Assembly: GCA_965223905.1 (NCBI GenBank)
Contig: CBDCXV010000011.1
Span: 1,056,001 to 1,120,000 of the forward strand
Direction: 5' to 3'
DNA: 64,000 nucleotides
From: Candidatus Latescibacterota bacterium
GTDB taxonomy: Bacteria; Latescibacterota; UBA2968; UBA8231
Within the stretch, counting starts at the first letter, position 1; the number at the start of each line of letters is the position of its first letter. This document shows positions 27,668 to 38,064 of the stretch, piece after piece. Made by a program: the position numbers and the translations under genes. The notes below the pieces were generated by a model that ran no database searches, had not been told where the DNA came from, and was given only the letters and a program-made list of their open reading frames with translations.

Positions 27668-27879
27668 CTCTTTCTCCTACTTCTCCTATTGATCCAGATG
27701 AAGAGAGGGGAGCATTGTCGTGGACGATGCCCCGCGATACGGTGATGGGTCACCGGCGGCCGCGGCCCCGTGGGGCCATGGTGCCGGCCGCTTCGATAAA
27801 GCGGGTTGGTTATGTCGTGGTCAAGGGATCTGCCCCGGTCTCTGCCGCGGATTCCCGTGGCCGGTCCCGGCCCTGCCGT

Positions 27880-29175
27880 TCAGCCCAGCAGTTCCAGAAC
27901 GTTGCGATGGGGCCTGCTGTCCAGCCCCTTTTCCGGCCCGCTTCCCGGACCGGGCTGGTACTCGTTCGGGTACCCGGCGACGTACTCGAGCGGGGTCACA
28001 TCCCGCAGCAGGGTGAAACCGTTGCCCGGACCGGGTACGCGGATATTGGCGGTGACGTCGAGGGTGGCCCCGTTTTCGAGCAGCAGCAGCAGCACCGCAA
28101 AGCTGCGGTTGTGGTTCGAGGTGACGGCGTGAAAGACCGGAGTCTCGTTGCCGAAGCCCTCCCTGTCGGGCTGCGCCCTGCGGTTGGCTTCCGCCCCCGC
28201 GGCGATCAGGACCCTGGCGGCCTCGAGGGACCCGTACTCCGCGCAGACATGCAGGAGGGTCGCCCGCTGCAGGGGCGCCCCGCCGAAAAAGCCGCCGAAT
28301 CCCCTGTCCCCCTCCTGGCGGAAGCCGGAGTGCGCGTCGACGAGCCCCGGATCGTCGGCCAGCCTCCCCTGCAGCAGGTCGATCCGGCCCCTGAGGATGT
28401 CCATCTCGGCGCCGTCCGTGTAGTTCGCGCCTGCCTGGACCAGGAGCTCGAGGCATTCCTCGCGGTGTTCGTGCTGATAGGTGTCGAGGACCATGTCGAG
28501 GGCGCTGCCGTCCCTGTCCCTGTAGTTCGGGTCGGCGCCGTGCTCGAGCAGGAACCGCAGGCCGTCGGGGTTCAGGCTCTCGCAGGGTCCCATGATGGTG
28601 CCGCCGCCGTAGTGGGTCGCCGGGTCCACCCCGTGGGCGAGCAGCTCCTCCATCACCGGCAGATTGCCCTGGGTGGCGGCGCGGGAGAGGGCGTCGTCCT
28701 CCGGGTCGGCCCCGCCTGCGATCAGCAGACGGACGATGGCGACCTGGTTCGGTCCCTCGGCGTTGTCCCCGGCGGCGAAGCGCAGGGGCGTACAGCGCCG
28801 GGAGCGGTCGGGGGTCATGTTGACGTTCACGATCTGCGGATGCGCCTCGAGCACCCTGCTCACACCGCCGACGTCGCCGGTGTTTATGGCTTTGCGCAGC
28901 TCTGCGATCGGAGCGGCGAGCCCCGCGCCGGGCTCGGTCGCATCGACTACTCTGGCCCACTCCGAATAGCCGTGTTCCCTGGCGATGACGTGCTGCGCTT
29001 CCTGCAGGGTCAGGTCCGTTCCCGCGGTCCCCGCCGGCACGCCGGACAGGCGCGGCAGGTGGGTGCCGGCACGCACCCGTGCCTGCGTCCGGCCGTCGCG
29101 GTATTCCTTCAACAATTCCTTGGCTTGCTTCTTGAGGTGGGCCAGGCTGGCCCGCTTCGGGAGTCGTCCAGACAT
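27880..29175 (-). CDS. Ankyrin-repeat protein with N-terminal LPxRxSLxHLKKQAK...AQHVIAREHG domain
   Basis: Ankyrin repeats (TPLRFAA, TLLHVCAEYG, TPVFHAV); AGGAG RBS. Confidence 0.85.
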   Translation of the reverse strand: MSGRLPKRASLAHLKKQAKELLKEYRDGRTQARVRAGTHLPRLSGVPAGTAGTDLTLQEAQHVIAREHGYSEWARVVDATEPGAGLAAPIAELRKAINTGDVGGVSRVLEAHPQIVNVNMTPDRSRRCTPLRFAAGDNAEGPNQVAIVRLLIAGGADPEDDALSRAATQGNLPVMEELLAHGVDPATHYGGGTIMGPCESLNPDGLRFLLEHGADPNYRDRDGSALDMVLDTYQHEHREECLELLVQAGANYTDGAEMDILRGRIDLLQGRLADDPGLVDAHSGFRQEGDRGFGGFFGGAPLQRATLLHVCAEYGSLEAARVLIAAGAEANRRAQPDREGFGNETPVFHAVTSNHNRSFAVLLLLLENGATLDVTANIRVPGPGNGFTLLRDVTPLEYVAGYPNEYQPGPGSGPEKGLDSRPHRNVLELLG

Positions 29176-29193
29176 GAGGATCCTCTCCTGCGA

Positions 29194-29294
29194 GAGCCCG
29201 AGGTCCGCTGGTTCTCAGGCAGAAGAAGGTTAGGTTGTCTCGACAGATCGGGAACGTGAGGTGGGTTCAACCCTTCCCGCGGACGTGGAGGCTC
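29194..29294 (-). ncRNA. Putative structured cis-regulatory 5' leader
   Basis: Nested pairings GAGCC/GGCTC and GTCCGC/GCGGAC enclosing a GGGTTGAACCC hairpin, between promoter and RBS. Confidence 0.5.
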
Positions 29295-29311
29295 CCCCGA
29301 AGCACGAGCCG

Positions 29312-29340
29312 ATTTTATAAAGCGCCCCCCGGCTGGTCAA
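29312..29340 (-). promoter_or_regulatory. sigma70 promoter of the ankyrin gene
   Basis: TTGACC-N17-TAAAAT on the minus strand. Confidence 0.7.
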
Positions 29341-29512
29341 CAAAAGGGCAACCTGCGAGCCTCGAGGCCTGGCTGATGCCGGCACCCACCCCGGCCTCGG
29401 GAGATGGACGCCGCGGCTGCCCCGCGTCGCTCTCCTGCCTGAAGCGCCCCGGGCGGGTTCTGGCGGGGGCCGGGCGCAAGGCCCTGCGGACTCCCCGCAC
29501 CTGAGGAAACCC

Positions 29513-30245
29513 ATGCTCTCCGAGCCGCAAATACGGCAGTACACAACCTTCGGTTTCGCCGTCATGCGGAAGGTCCTGCGCCCCGGCGAGATCCCGCTCT
29601 GCGCCGCCGAGCTCGAGCGGGCCCTCGACGGAGACCCCGTTCATGGCTTCCCTGCTGGAAGATCCGCGGATTCTCGGCCCGGCGCAGCAGCTGGGCGGCG
29701 ACGTTCTCGGACTGATCTCCGACGTCAATCGCCGCGTCGGCGACACCCCCTGGCATCCCGACGCCGACGCCGGTTTTCCATGCGGGGTCAAGTTCGCCTG
29801 GATGCTCGAACCGGTCGGGGCCGCCAGCGGCGCCCTGCGCCTGGTTCCCGGCTCGCACCTGAATCCGCTCCACGACGACCTGCGGTCGCTGCTGCTTCCC
29901 TTCCCGCCGCCCGGCGAGCCGCCGAAGGTCCCGGTAGCCGGGGTTCCCGCCCATGCCTGCGAGGCCGGGGCCGGCGACGTAGTGGTCTTCGACCCGCGGG
30001 CCTGGCATTCGAGCGTGGGGGGAGCCGACGGCCGCAGGCTGTGCACGCTGTCCTACCTCGCCGACCCGAAGACGCCCCCCCAGGAGGCCTGGGCGCCGAA
30101 ATATGCCGAAGGGGTGGCGCTCATCCCCGCAAACCACGACCGCGCCGGCCAGCCGTGGTACGACCCCGAGTGGGTCGCCAACCAGGACCGCATGCCCCAG
30201 GCGCCGGCGTTGGATAGAGCGCCTGAAGGAGCTTGGTTTCTTTGA
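29513..30245 (+). pseudogene. Phytanoyl-CoA dioxygenase (PhyH) family protein, frameshifted/deleted
   Basis: MLSEPQIRQYTTFGF; then TPWHPD, GALRLVPGSH, GDVVVFDPRAWH in another frame. Confidence 0.75.
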
Positions 30246-30384
30246 GGCGGCAAGGCCCTGACCCCCCCGCGTTGATCTCACCGTCCACTCGCCCGGGGCT
30301 CGCGCAGCCGTCCTGTTCGGCAGGGCCGCCCCTTTTCGTCCTCAAGCGGCGTTGCCCGGAATGGCCGCCTCGTTGCAGCATGTC

Positions 30385-31500
30385 ATGAGCCCCCGCCTGA
30401 CGAACCGCTGGCCCCTGCTTCTGTTCCCCCTCGTTCTGTCGGCAGAGCCGGCGCCTGCCCGGGACGGCGACGCCTGGACCCGCTACCACCGGATCAGGGA
30501 CCGCCAGATCTTCGCCGACGTCCACGCCCACCCGAGCCGCTTCCACCGCGACGACGTCGAACGCGTGGGGGAGCGGGAGCTCTCCATCTATCGGCGCGAG
30601 GGGTTCGGCGTCGTGGTCTGCAGCGTCAGCTCCGACGCCCCTTTTCAGGGCGGATACACCAACCGGGACGGCAGCGAGGTGCCGCGGCTGGGCGGCAACG
30701 ACTCCCACGACCTCGCTCCCGGCGAGGCCTTCGACTTCACCTTGGACCGGATGATGCGGGTCTTGAAGGCGGTCGACGACGGGGACGCGGCCTGGGCCTC
30801 GAGCCCGGGCGCCGTCGGGGAAGCCGTGAAGAAGGGGCAGGTTGCCCTGCTGCCGGCGCTGGAGGGAGGCGACGGCCTCGAAGGGGAAATCGCGAACCTG
30901 CGGCTGCTGCACCGCCGGGGCCTGCGGCTGCTGCAGCTTGTCCACCTGCGCGACAACGACCTGGGCTGCAACCAGACCGAGCCCTACCTCGAGGGCGGGC
31001 TCACCCCCTTCGGCAGGGAGGTCGTGCGCGAGTGCAACCGCCTCGGCATCATCGTCGATCTCGCCCACGCCAACACCCGGACGATCACCGACGCCCTCGC
31101 CATATCGAGCCACCCGGTGATTTTCAGCCACACCGGCGCCAACGCGGTCCGCGAGGCGGACCGCCATCTCGACGACGCCGAGATTCGGGCCATCGCCGCA
31201 GCCGGCGGCCTCATCGGGATATGGCCGTTCCCGACCTGGATGCCGGCGGTCTCCGACATGATCGACCACATCGATCACGTCAGAAGCCTGGTCGGCGCTG
31301 ACCACCTGGCGATCGGCAGCGACTTCGGGGGCCTCTCGAGCTACACCCGGGAGTTCGGCGACGACGCCCGCTTCTCGGCGATCGCCATCGCCATGCTGGA
31401 GCGCGGCTACCCGGAGGACGAGGTCGGCCGGATCATGGGAGGCAACTTCTTCCGGCTCTGGGAAGAGGTGGGGGCGGCAGGTTCCGAGGGGAACCGCTGA
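30385..31500 (+). CDS. Membrane dipeptidase (peptidase M19)
   Basis: DVHAH, LEGG, VDLAH, FSHTG, IGSDFGG, GGNFFR. Confidence 0.9.
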   Translation: MSPRLTNRWPLLLFPLVLSAEPAPARDGDAWTRYHRIRDRQIFADVHAHPSRFHRDDVERVGERELSIYRREGFGVVVCSVSSDAPFQGGYTNRDGSEVPRLGGNDSHDLAPGEAFDFTLDRMMRVLKAVDDGDAAWASSPGAVGEAVKKGQVALLPALEGGDGLEGEIANLRLLHRRGLRLLQLVHLRDNDLGCNQTEPYLEGGLTPFGREVVRECNRLGIIVDLAHANTRTITDALAISSHPVIFSHTGANAVREADRHLDDAEIRAIAAAGGLIGIWPFPTWMPAVSDMIDHIDHVRSLVGADHLAIGSDFGGLSSYTREFGDDARFSAIAIAMLERGYPEDEVGRIMGGNFFRLWEEVGAAGSEGNR

Positions 31501-31530
31501 CGGAAACCGGACATCCCCGGCCGCCGCGCG

Positions 31531-32274
31531 TCACTCCCCCGGAAAATGCCCGCGGTACTCCAGCCCCAGGAGGTCGCGGGAGCGGGCGACGTTGCAGTAC
31601 CGGTCCGCTTCCGGGTGGCTGGCGGTGTGCATGACGTCGAAATCGATGGTCTCGTTCTCCAGGGCCAGGTGGCAGGCCTCGGCCAGGTCGTGCCGGCACA
31701 CCCAGCCGATGCCGCCGCTCGCCTGATTGCCGTCGCGGTTGATGCCGAGCCTGCTGTCGCCGATGCCGCAGGGCCGGAAGACGATGACGCGGGTGCCGTA
31801 GGCGTCGTGGTACTGGCGGCAGACCTCCTCCTGGAGGCGCTTGGTGATCCCGTAAAGGGTCCCCTCGACGCTGCGCACCTCCGACGACAGGAAGACCCCG
31901 TCCGGGCGCTGCACGACGCAGGAGCCCATCTGCACCACCCGCCTGAGCTGCCGGCGGCGGGCGGACTCCAGGATGTTCCACATCCCCTTGACGTTGACGA
32001 GAAACGGCTCGGCGCTGTCCTCGGGCGGGGCGTCGTAGCCGAAGAAGGCCGACAGGTTGACGACCCCCTCCATCCCCTCCAGGGCGCGGTCGACGTCATG
32101 GAAGTCGGCGACGTCGCCGTAGACCTTCTCCCCTTCCCAGTCCCCGTCGAAGCGCCGGTACACCTCCCAGGCCTCGGGGCCGAAGTCGAAGGCGCGCACC
32201 TCGTGGCGGCCGGCGAAGTTCTCCAGCACTGCCCCGCCCACCCATCCGGCAGCGCCGATTACGGCTACTTTCAC
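31531..32274 (-). CDS. NAD-dependent epimerase/dehydratase family protein
   Basis: GAAGWVG, VNVKG, YGITK. Confidence 0.88.
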   Translation of the reverse strand: MKVAVIGAAGWVGGAVLENFAGRHEVRAFDFGPEAWEVYRRFDGDWEGEKVYGDVADFHDVDRALEGMEGVVNLSAFFGYDAPPEDSAEPFLVNVKGMWNILESARRRQLRRVVQMGSCVVQRPDGVFLSSEVRSVEGTLYGITKRLQEEVCRQYHDAYGTRVIVFRPCGIGDSRLGINRDGNQASGGIGWVCRHDLAEACHLALENETIDFDVMHTASHPEADRYCNVARSRDLLGLEYRGHFPGE

Positions 32275-32833
32275 AGCTCCTCCTCGATCTTTTTTGCGGT
32301 GAAGATTTCGGGTTGAATCCGGTTGTATTCAGCGGTGCCGGCTCGGCTCGTCGCCCATGTCGGGGACTGCGCCGGCTCGACCCGGTAAGGGAACATGCCA
32401 TGCAGGAATACAAGGTAACCAACCTCACTCCTGGTTTGCTGCTGGCCGCACTTGCCATGCTGTCGGGCTGTCCGGGGTCTCCGTCCCGTTCGCTCACCCC
32501 TCCTGGGGAGCCCCCTGCCCGACAGGAAGCACCCTGACCGTACAGGTTCCGGAGGGTTCGGGGTTGATCGCCGAAGCAGGCAGCATCTACGGTCAACAGG
32601 GTACCGGAGTCGATCAGGGCAGATTGGGAACTCGCCGAAAGGAATTTCGACACGGATGCCATGATGGCATCCCTCGGGTCCCATGACGGTCGCTACATCT
32701 CCTCCCCAGTTACGGACATCCATCGGTTTATCCTGCCGCTCAGCGTCGTACTGAGGCTCGAAATCGCCGCAAACGACGATACCCTTAGCCCCCTGCCCTG
32801 AATCGCGGGCCGCAGCGATAGACCTCGGCAGGT

Positions 32834-33622
32834 TCAGCCATCCGACCTGCAGGGCTCGAAACCCAGCTCGACCAGCCTCGAGATCATCCGCCGGATGCGC
32901 GGGCGCTTGCTGTTCAGCGTCGCTTCGGTCGGCCGCACGCTCCACCGGGTCCTGTCGTGGATGTCCCTCACTTCCGCGACCTGGGCATCCGTCCGGGGGT
33001 TGCTGAAGAAGTTGATGGCGTGCTGATGGCGGCCGGGCCTGCCGCCGAATGCCCCGTGGAGCACGCATTCGGTGAAGACGACGATGTCACCGGGCTCCAC
33101 TTCGAGGGGGACGCTGGGAATCTCCTCCGGAGCGAGCCCGAAGGGCCTGGAACCGGGGTCCGTGGCGGTCTGGCGCAGGGGCGCCAGCGGATCCGGATCG
33201 CAGGGGATGTGGGATCCTGGCACGACGCGCAGACAGCCACTGCCGCGGGTCAGCGGTTCGGGGTAGAAGCCGATCTTGATCCAGCGCAGGCCGCTGCGGA
33301 AACGGTCTCCCGCATGCCACGGCGTCGGCTCGACGCGCAGCCTGCCCTCCGTCTGATCGAGAACGAAGTCGGGACCGAGCAGATCGACCCCGATGCCGTA
33401 GATGCGGTCGTCGTCGAGCAGACTGAACAGGAACGGCCGCCGCTCGAAGAAAGGCTGGACGTACTCAGTCGTCTCTCCCGAAAACGCCCGCCCGCCCCGG
33501 TCCTCGTCGAAAACCTCCTCCGCTTCGCGCTTCAGGGTCGCCGCCTCCCCGGGGTCGAGGAGCCTGGGCAACAGGAGGAACCCGAAGGCTTCGAAGTGGG
33601 CTATCTGTTCCGGTGACAGCAC
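32834..33622 (-). CDS. PhyH family dioxygenase
   Basis: MLSPEQIAHFEAFGF, TPWHAGD, GCLRVVPGSH, PGDIVVFTECVLHG. Confidence 0.88.
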   Translation of the reverse strand: MLSPEQIAHFEAFGFLLLPRLLDPGEAATLKREAEEVFDEDRGGRAFSGETTEYVQPFFERRPFLFSLLDDDRIYGIGVDLLGPDFVLDQTEGRLRVEPTPWHAGDRFRSGLRWIKIGFYPEPLTRGSGCLRVVPGSHIPCDPDPLAPLRQTATDPGSRPFGLAPEEIPSVPLEVEPGDIVVFTECVLHGAFGGRPGRHQHAINFFSNPRTDAQVAEVRDIHDRTRWSVRPTEATLNSKRPRIRRMISRLVELGFEPCRSDG

Positions 33623-33686
33623 CTCGGCTCTCTCCTTGCTGTGAAATGAAGCCTGCCGGCAGGAGCTCGCTTGCCGGCGCCGGCAT

Positions 33687-35272
33687 TCATGGTACCGCCT
33701 GCCCCGCCATCACCCCCGTGCAGCGCTCCCCGTCGACGGCGACCTGCCCGTTGACCAGCACGAAGGGGATGCCCACGGGGTACTGCTTCGGGTCCTCGTA
33801 GGTGGCGGTGTCGATGACGCGGTCCGGATCGAACAGGACGACGTCGGCGAAACAGCCTTTCTCCAGACGCCCCCGCGAGCGGATACCGAACCGGCGCGCC
33901 GGGTTGTCGGTCATGCGCTGTATCATCTGCTCGAGGCTGAGGACCCCGAAGCGACGTCGCAGGCGGCCGAGGAAGCGGGGGTAGGCTCCGTAACAACGCG
34001 GGTGGGGCATGCTCCCTGTGGGGGTGATGTCGCTGCAGGCCATGTAGTCGGGACGGGAAAGCAGCTCGAGCGAATCGCGGCTGACCTGCCTCCAGAGGCC
34101 GGTGTTCACCGGCGGCGCGGACAGGTAGCCAATCTTCAGCTCCTCCTCCAGCAGCAGTTGGCACATCGCCTCCCCCAGCGGCAGGCCGCGGTCGCCGGCG
34201 ACATCGGTCAGGGTCATACCCTCCAGCCCGGGGTTCTTCGGCAGAGAGGTGAACACGACCTCATCGAGGGGTTCGTACTCCTCCTCGAGAAACCGGGCTA
34301 TGCGCGCCCGCTCCGCCGGATCGGCGAGCCTCCGGAGAATGGCGTCCGGCCCCCCCCTTCCTGGGCGAACCCCGGGAGGGAGGCGACGCAGATGCTGCTG
34401 CCGGCGGGGTAGGGATAGATGTCCAGGCTGCAGTCGACTCCTTCTCCTTCCGCCTTCGCCCGGTCGATGGGCCCCAGCAGGGTCTCCACCTGTCCGGCGT
34501 TGTGGGCCCCTGTCCTGAAGTGGGCGAAATGGACCTTGACCCCGGTTTCCCGGCCGATGTGTAGCGCCTCCTCGACGCCGTCGCCCCCCCAGGCGCGGTC
34601 GAGCTCGACCTTTCTCGGCTCGACCACGTAGACGCTGCCGGCATCGGCAACCGTGCGGCACAGGTCGAGGAACTCGGCGGTGTCTCCCCAGGGACTGGGA
34701 TAGTAGCTGGCTCCCGTCGAAAAGCCGACGGCCCCCTCCTCGAGGCCTTGCGCTACCATGCGCCTGGCCTCCTTGGCGTCGTCGCCGGTCAGGGGCACGT
34801 CGCGGAACCCGAGGAGCTCGAGACGGATGGCCCCGTGCGGCACGAGATAGGCGGTGTTGATGGCGACCCGGCGATGGTAATGGCTGCGGAAAGCGGCGAC
34901 CGAATCCATCGCCAGGCCGGGGATCGGTTCCCCGAGCAGGCCGGCAAGCCAGCGCCGGTAGGTGAGATGGTTGGCCGCCGACAGGGGCGCGAAGGACATT
35001 CCGTCGAGGCCCATGACCTCGGTGGTGATCCCTTGGCGCAGTCCGTTGGCGTGCTGCGGGTCGGCGAGCAGGTCCCCCTCGGAGTGGGTGTGGGTGTCGA
35101 TGAAGCCGGGCGCCACCGCCAGGCCGCGGGCATCGATGGCGCGCGCCGCCTCGGCCTCGGCGAGATCGCCGACCTCCTCGATGCGCTCGCCGCGGATGCC
35201 TATGTCGGCGAGCCGGCCGGGAGCCCCGGTTCCGTCGTACACGGTACCGCCGCGGATGACGATGTCGAACAT
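33687..35272 (-). CDS. N-acyl-D-amino-acid deacylase (amidohydrolase), frameshift in a G8 run at 34350-34357
   Basis: APGFIDTHTHS, HPRCYGAYPR, RGRLEKGCFADVVLFDP, VLVNG. Confidence 0.85.
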
Positions 35273-35330
35273 GCAGCCCTCCTGGAAATTCCCTACCGCC
35301 GGTTTTCCGGCACAGGCGAGTACGCCGTCC

Positions 35331-36217
35331 TCACGATGCGATCCTCTCGATCTCCCACTTGCCGTTCCTGACCACCGCCCTCGCCCCCCGCTGCTCCGGC
35401 TCCATGGCGGCGAACCTGCGCAGGCTCTTCAACCAGGCCGCCCGCCGCGGGTGCTTTCCGGCATCCGCCGCCCATTCCTCCGGCATGCCCGGAGGGTTCC
35501 AGGGGTCCGCGGAGTTGTCCCGCCGGCCCAGGTGACCGCGGGCATTGAGGATCGTCAACTCGACCTCGGCGGGCTTGCGGGGATAGTGGTAGTAGGTGAA
35601 AGAGCACATGCGCCGGCCCCGGGCGCCCCCCTTGCTGGCGTGGTAGGTACGCAGGTCGAAGGGTCCCCCGGGTCGGAATCGCAGACGACGCAGGGAACGG
35701 CGCCGATCCCGGCCAGGGCGGCCTGCCGCTCCTGCGGGGTCGCCGCGGCGCGGCTGAAGCGGGGGCCGATCGGGTCGACCGCGGCGACCCTGTCGTGGAA
35801 GGGGCGCAGGTGGCTGCCCGGGATCAGGCGCAGGGCCCCGGTATCGGCCCGCACCGGATCGAGGTAGATCGCGAACTTTATGCCGTAGGCCTCGTACCCA
35901 CCGGCGTCGTAGTGCCAGACCGTATACCCGGCGTAGTGGTGCAGGAGGGGGTTGGCGCAGATGAGCCGGCCGAAGAGCTGCTCGCCGACGCCGGCGAGAC
36001 GGTCGTCCTCGAACAGGCTGGCGGTGAACGGAGTGGAGGGGACCAGGCCGCTCATGTCGCGGGACTGGCCCTCGGCGAGAGGCACGAGGCGCGCCGATTC
36101 GGCTACGCGGGTGGCATGCTCCCTTCGCAGCAGGTCCACCTCGGCGGGGCTGAGCGCGTTCCTGAAGACGAGGAAACCGAAGGTGTTGAAGCGGCGGACC
36201 TGCTCCTCCGTCAACAT
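35331..36217 (-). CDS. PhyH family dioxygenase, frameshift near 35665
   Basis: MLTEEQVRRFNTFGF, VWHYD, GALRLIPGSH; C-half FDLRTYHAS in another frame. Confidence 0.8.
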
Positions 36218-36372
36218 CGGTGGATCTCCTTTCCGTCGCATCCGGGGATCTGGCCGAAGCCCGGGGCATTCCCGGTAGAATCGGGGGTTCCATGGCCCCT
36301 TGGCAGCCGACTATATTGCAATGCCGGTTTGCCTGCAATCTTTTTGCGGACATCACTCGAAGAGGTGAAAAT

Positions 36373-37914
36373 ATGCGCGATTCGATCACCGGAGCGGCCG
36401 CTTTTCCACGCCGCCCGGAAGGGTACAGTCCGAACCAGCGGCCCAGGCGCTGCCCGGCCGGGATCCTGCGCTGCCTGGCGGTTTCCCTCCTGCTCCTGTC
36501 GGTGTCTTCCGCGGAGGAGCCGGAGTACCCGAGGAAGTCGGGAGAGGACGTCGGCTCCTGGCTCGACGAGATCACCGGGAACATACCGCCCCTCCGGCAC
36601 GACCGCGGCGATCGCTGGCCGCTGATCCTGTGGGAAGGGGTGGGGTTCGATCCCCTCGCTCCCGAGGTCCACGCGGCCCTGCTCGAGCGCGGAATCGTCC
36701 AGCACGTCCGCATCGATACGGCGATGATCGCGACGGCGAAGGCGATCCAGAAAGCGGGCGGCCCCGTTATCCTGATGGAGGGTCGCGGCGGGACCTGGTC
36801 GTACGAGCTGGGCGGCGACGAGAGCGAGTGGGCGCATCGATTCGACGACGGGTACACCCCCTCCGGAAGGGTGCGTGCCTGTCCCCACCGGTATGCCGGT
36901 TTCGCCGTGCAGGCGGAGAGGGTGCGGGGAATCATGCGCGCCTATGCCGAGGCCGGGGTCACCGTGGACGCGGTCTGGGCGGACTGGGAGGGAGACCCGT
37001 ACGTCGGCAGCGCCGCCGGAGACCGCTACGAGCAGGCCAGCCACTGCACGCGCTGCCGCGCCGAGCTGCCCGCGGAGATCATCGGCGACGAGAAGAGCTT
37101 CCTCGACTACTGCTGGCGGCTCTACTCGCAGCTCTGGGGCGCCTGCCTCGCCCTGCCGGTGCTCGAGCGGTTCCCCCGGTGTGCGGTCACCAACTGGATG
37201 ATCCTCTACTCGACCCCGGAGCGCACCGTCCGCCACTGGACCGACCGGGTCCTCGTCCCCAACATCCCGCCAGCGTTCACGGCGACCAACCCGGTGGCCT
37301 ACGGCAACGACAAGTTCTTCCGCGCCGCCTGGCGCGAGGAGTTCACCCTCGACCGCGAGCACGTCGACCAGCTCTACATGCACCTGCTGCTGCGCATGGT
37401 ATCGGACGACGCGGAGAACCGGCGGCACTTCGGGCCCCACGTGAAGAGCTTTCCCTGGGTGGACCGGTGGTGTCCGGACGTCGACGACCCGCAGATCCCG
37501 ATGATGAGCCGGCCGGCCTACCGCGAGGCCCTGCGGCACATGTGGCTGCGCGGGGTCGACGGCATGCAGATCTTCCAGCCGCGGCGTCCGGAATACGGCG
37601 ACATCGTCAGGGCCGAGGTGGAGGACGCGGTCGCGGTGTACGACGAGATGCTCGCCTACCGCGAGTTCCTCGACCGCGGGGAGGTGCTCAACACCGAGGT
37701 ACCGGAGGTTCAGGACGGCGGCGTGCTCTGGTCCGGGCTCAGGGTGGGAGACCGGGCGCTGGTGCGCCTCTGCCGGCAGAGCTCCGGGGAGGGAACTTTC
37801 GAGATCGAGCCCTGGCCGGGAGCCGCGGCCGCTCTCGCCGCCGGCCCCGAGGGGCGGACCTTCCTGCTGGAGCGGACGGCCGCGGGGGTCCTGTCGGAGG
37901 AGATGCCCAGGTAA
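36373..37914 (+). CDS. Hypothetical exported protein, possibly TIM-barrel/glycoside-hydrolase-like
   Basis: Signal peptide; VDAVWADWEG; CxxC (HCTRC); HMWLRGVDG; function inferred only. Confidence 0.65.
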   Translation: MRDSITGAAAFPRRPEGYSPNQRPRRCPAGILRCLAVSLLLLSVSSAEEPEYPRKSGEDVGSWLDEITGNIPPLRHDRGDRWPLILWEGVGFDPLAPEVHAALLERGIVQHVRIDTAMIATAKAIQKAGGPVILMEGRGGTWSYELGGDESEWAHRFDDGYTPSGRVRACPHRYAGFAVQAERVRGIMRAYAEAGVTVDAVWADWEGDPYVGSAAGDRYEQASHCTRCRAELPAEIIGDEKSFLDYCWRLYSQLWGACLALPVLERFPRCAVTNWMILYSTPERTVRHWTDRVLVPNIPPAFTATNPVAYGNDKFFRAAWREEFTLDREHVDQLYMHLLLRMVSDDAENRRHFGPHVKSFPWVDRWCPDVDDPQIPMMSRPAYREALRHMWLRGVDGMQIFQPRRPEYGDIVRAEVEDAVAVYDEMLAYREFLDRGEVLNTEVPEVQDGGVLWSGLRVGDRALVRLCRQSSGEGTFEIEPWPGAAAALAAGPEGRTFLLERTAAGVLSEEMPR

Positions 37915-38064
37915 CCTGCACCCGAGGTGCGAACTACCGACAGAGCCGTGAGGCAGGGAGCAACGCTACAGCGGAAGTGAACTCTGCCGAGATGGGGAAG
38001 GTTACGGGCAGGGCAGGACGGCAGCCACGGTGCCGGGTCAGCCCCGGACCTTGAGCTCCCGGGG

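Noticed and set aside
32313-32830. Lipoprotein gene (MQEYKV...LSGC) or minus-strand ORF fragment
   Set aside because: Stops after about 45 codons and no family is recognisable; probably a decayed fragment, not callable.
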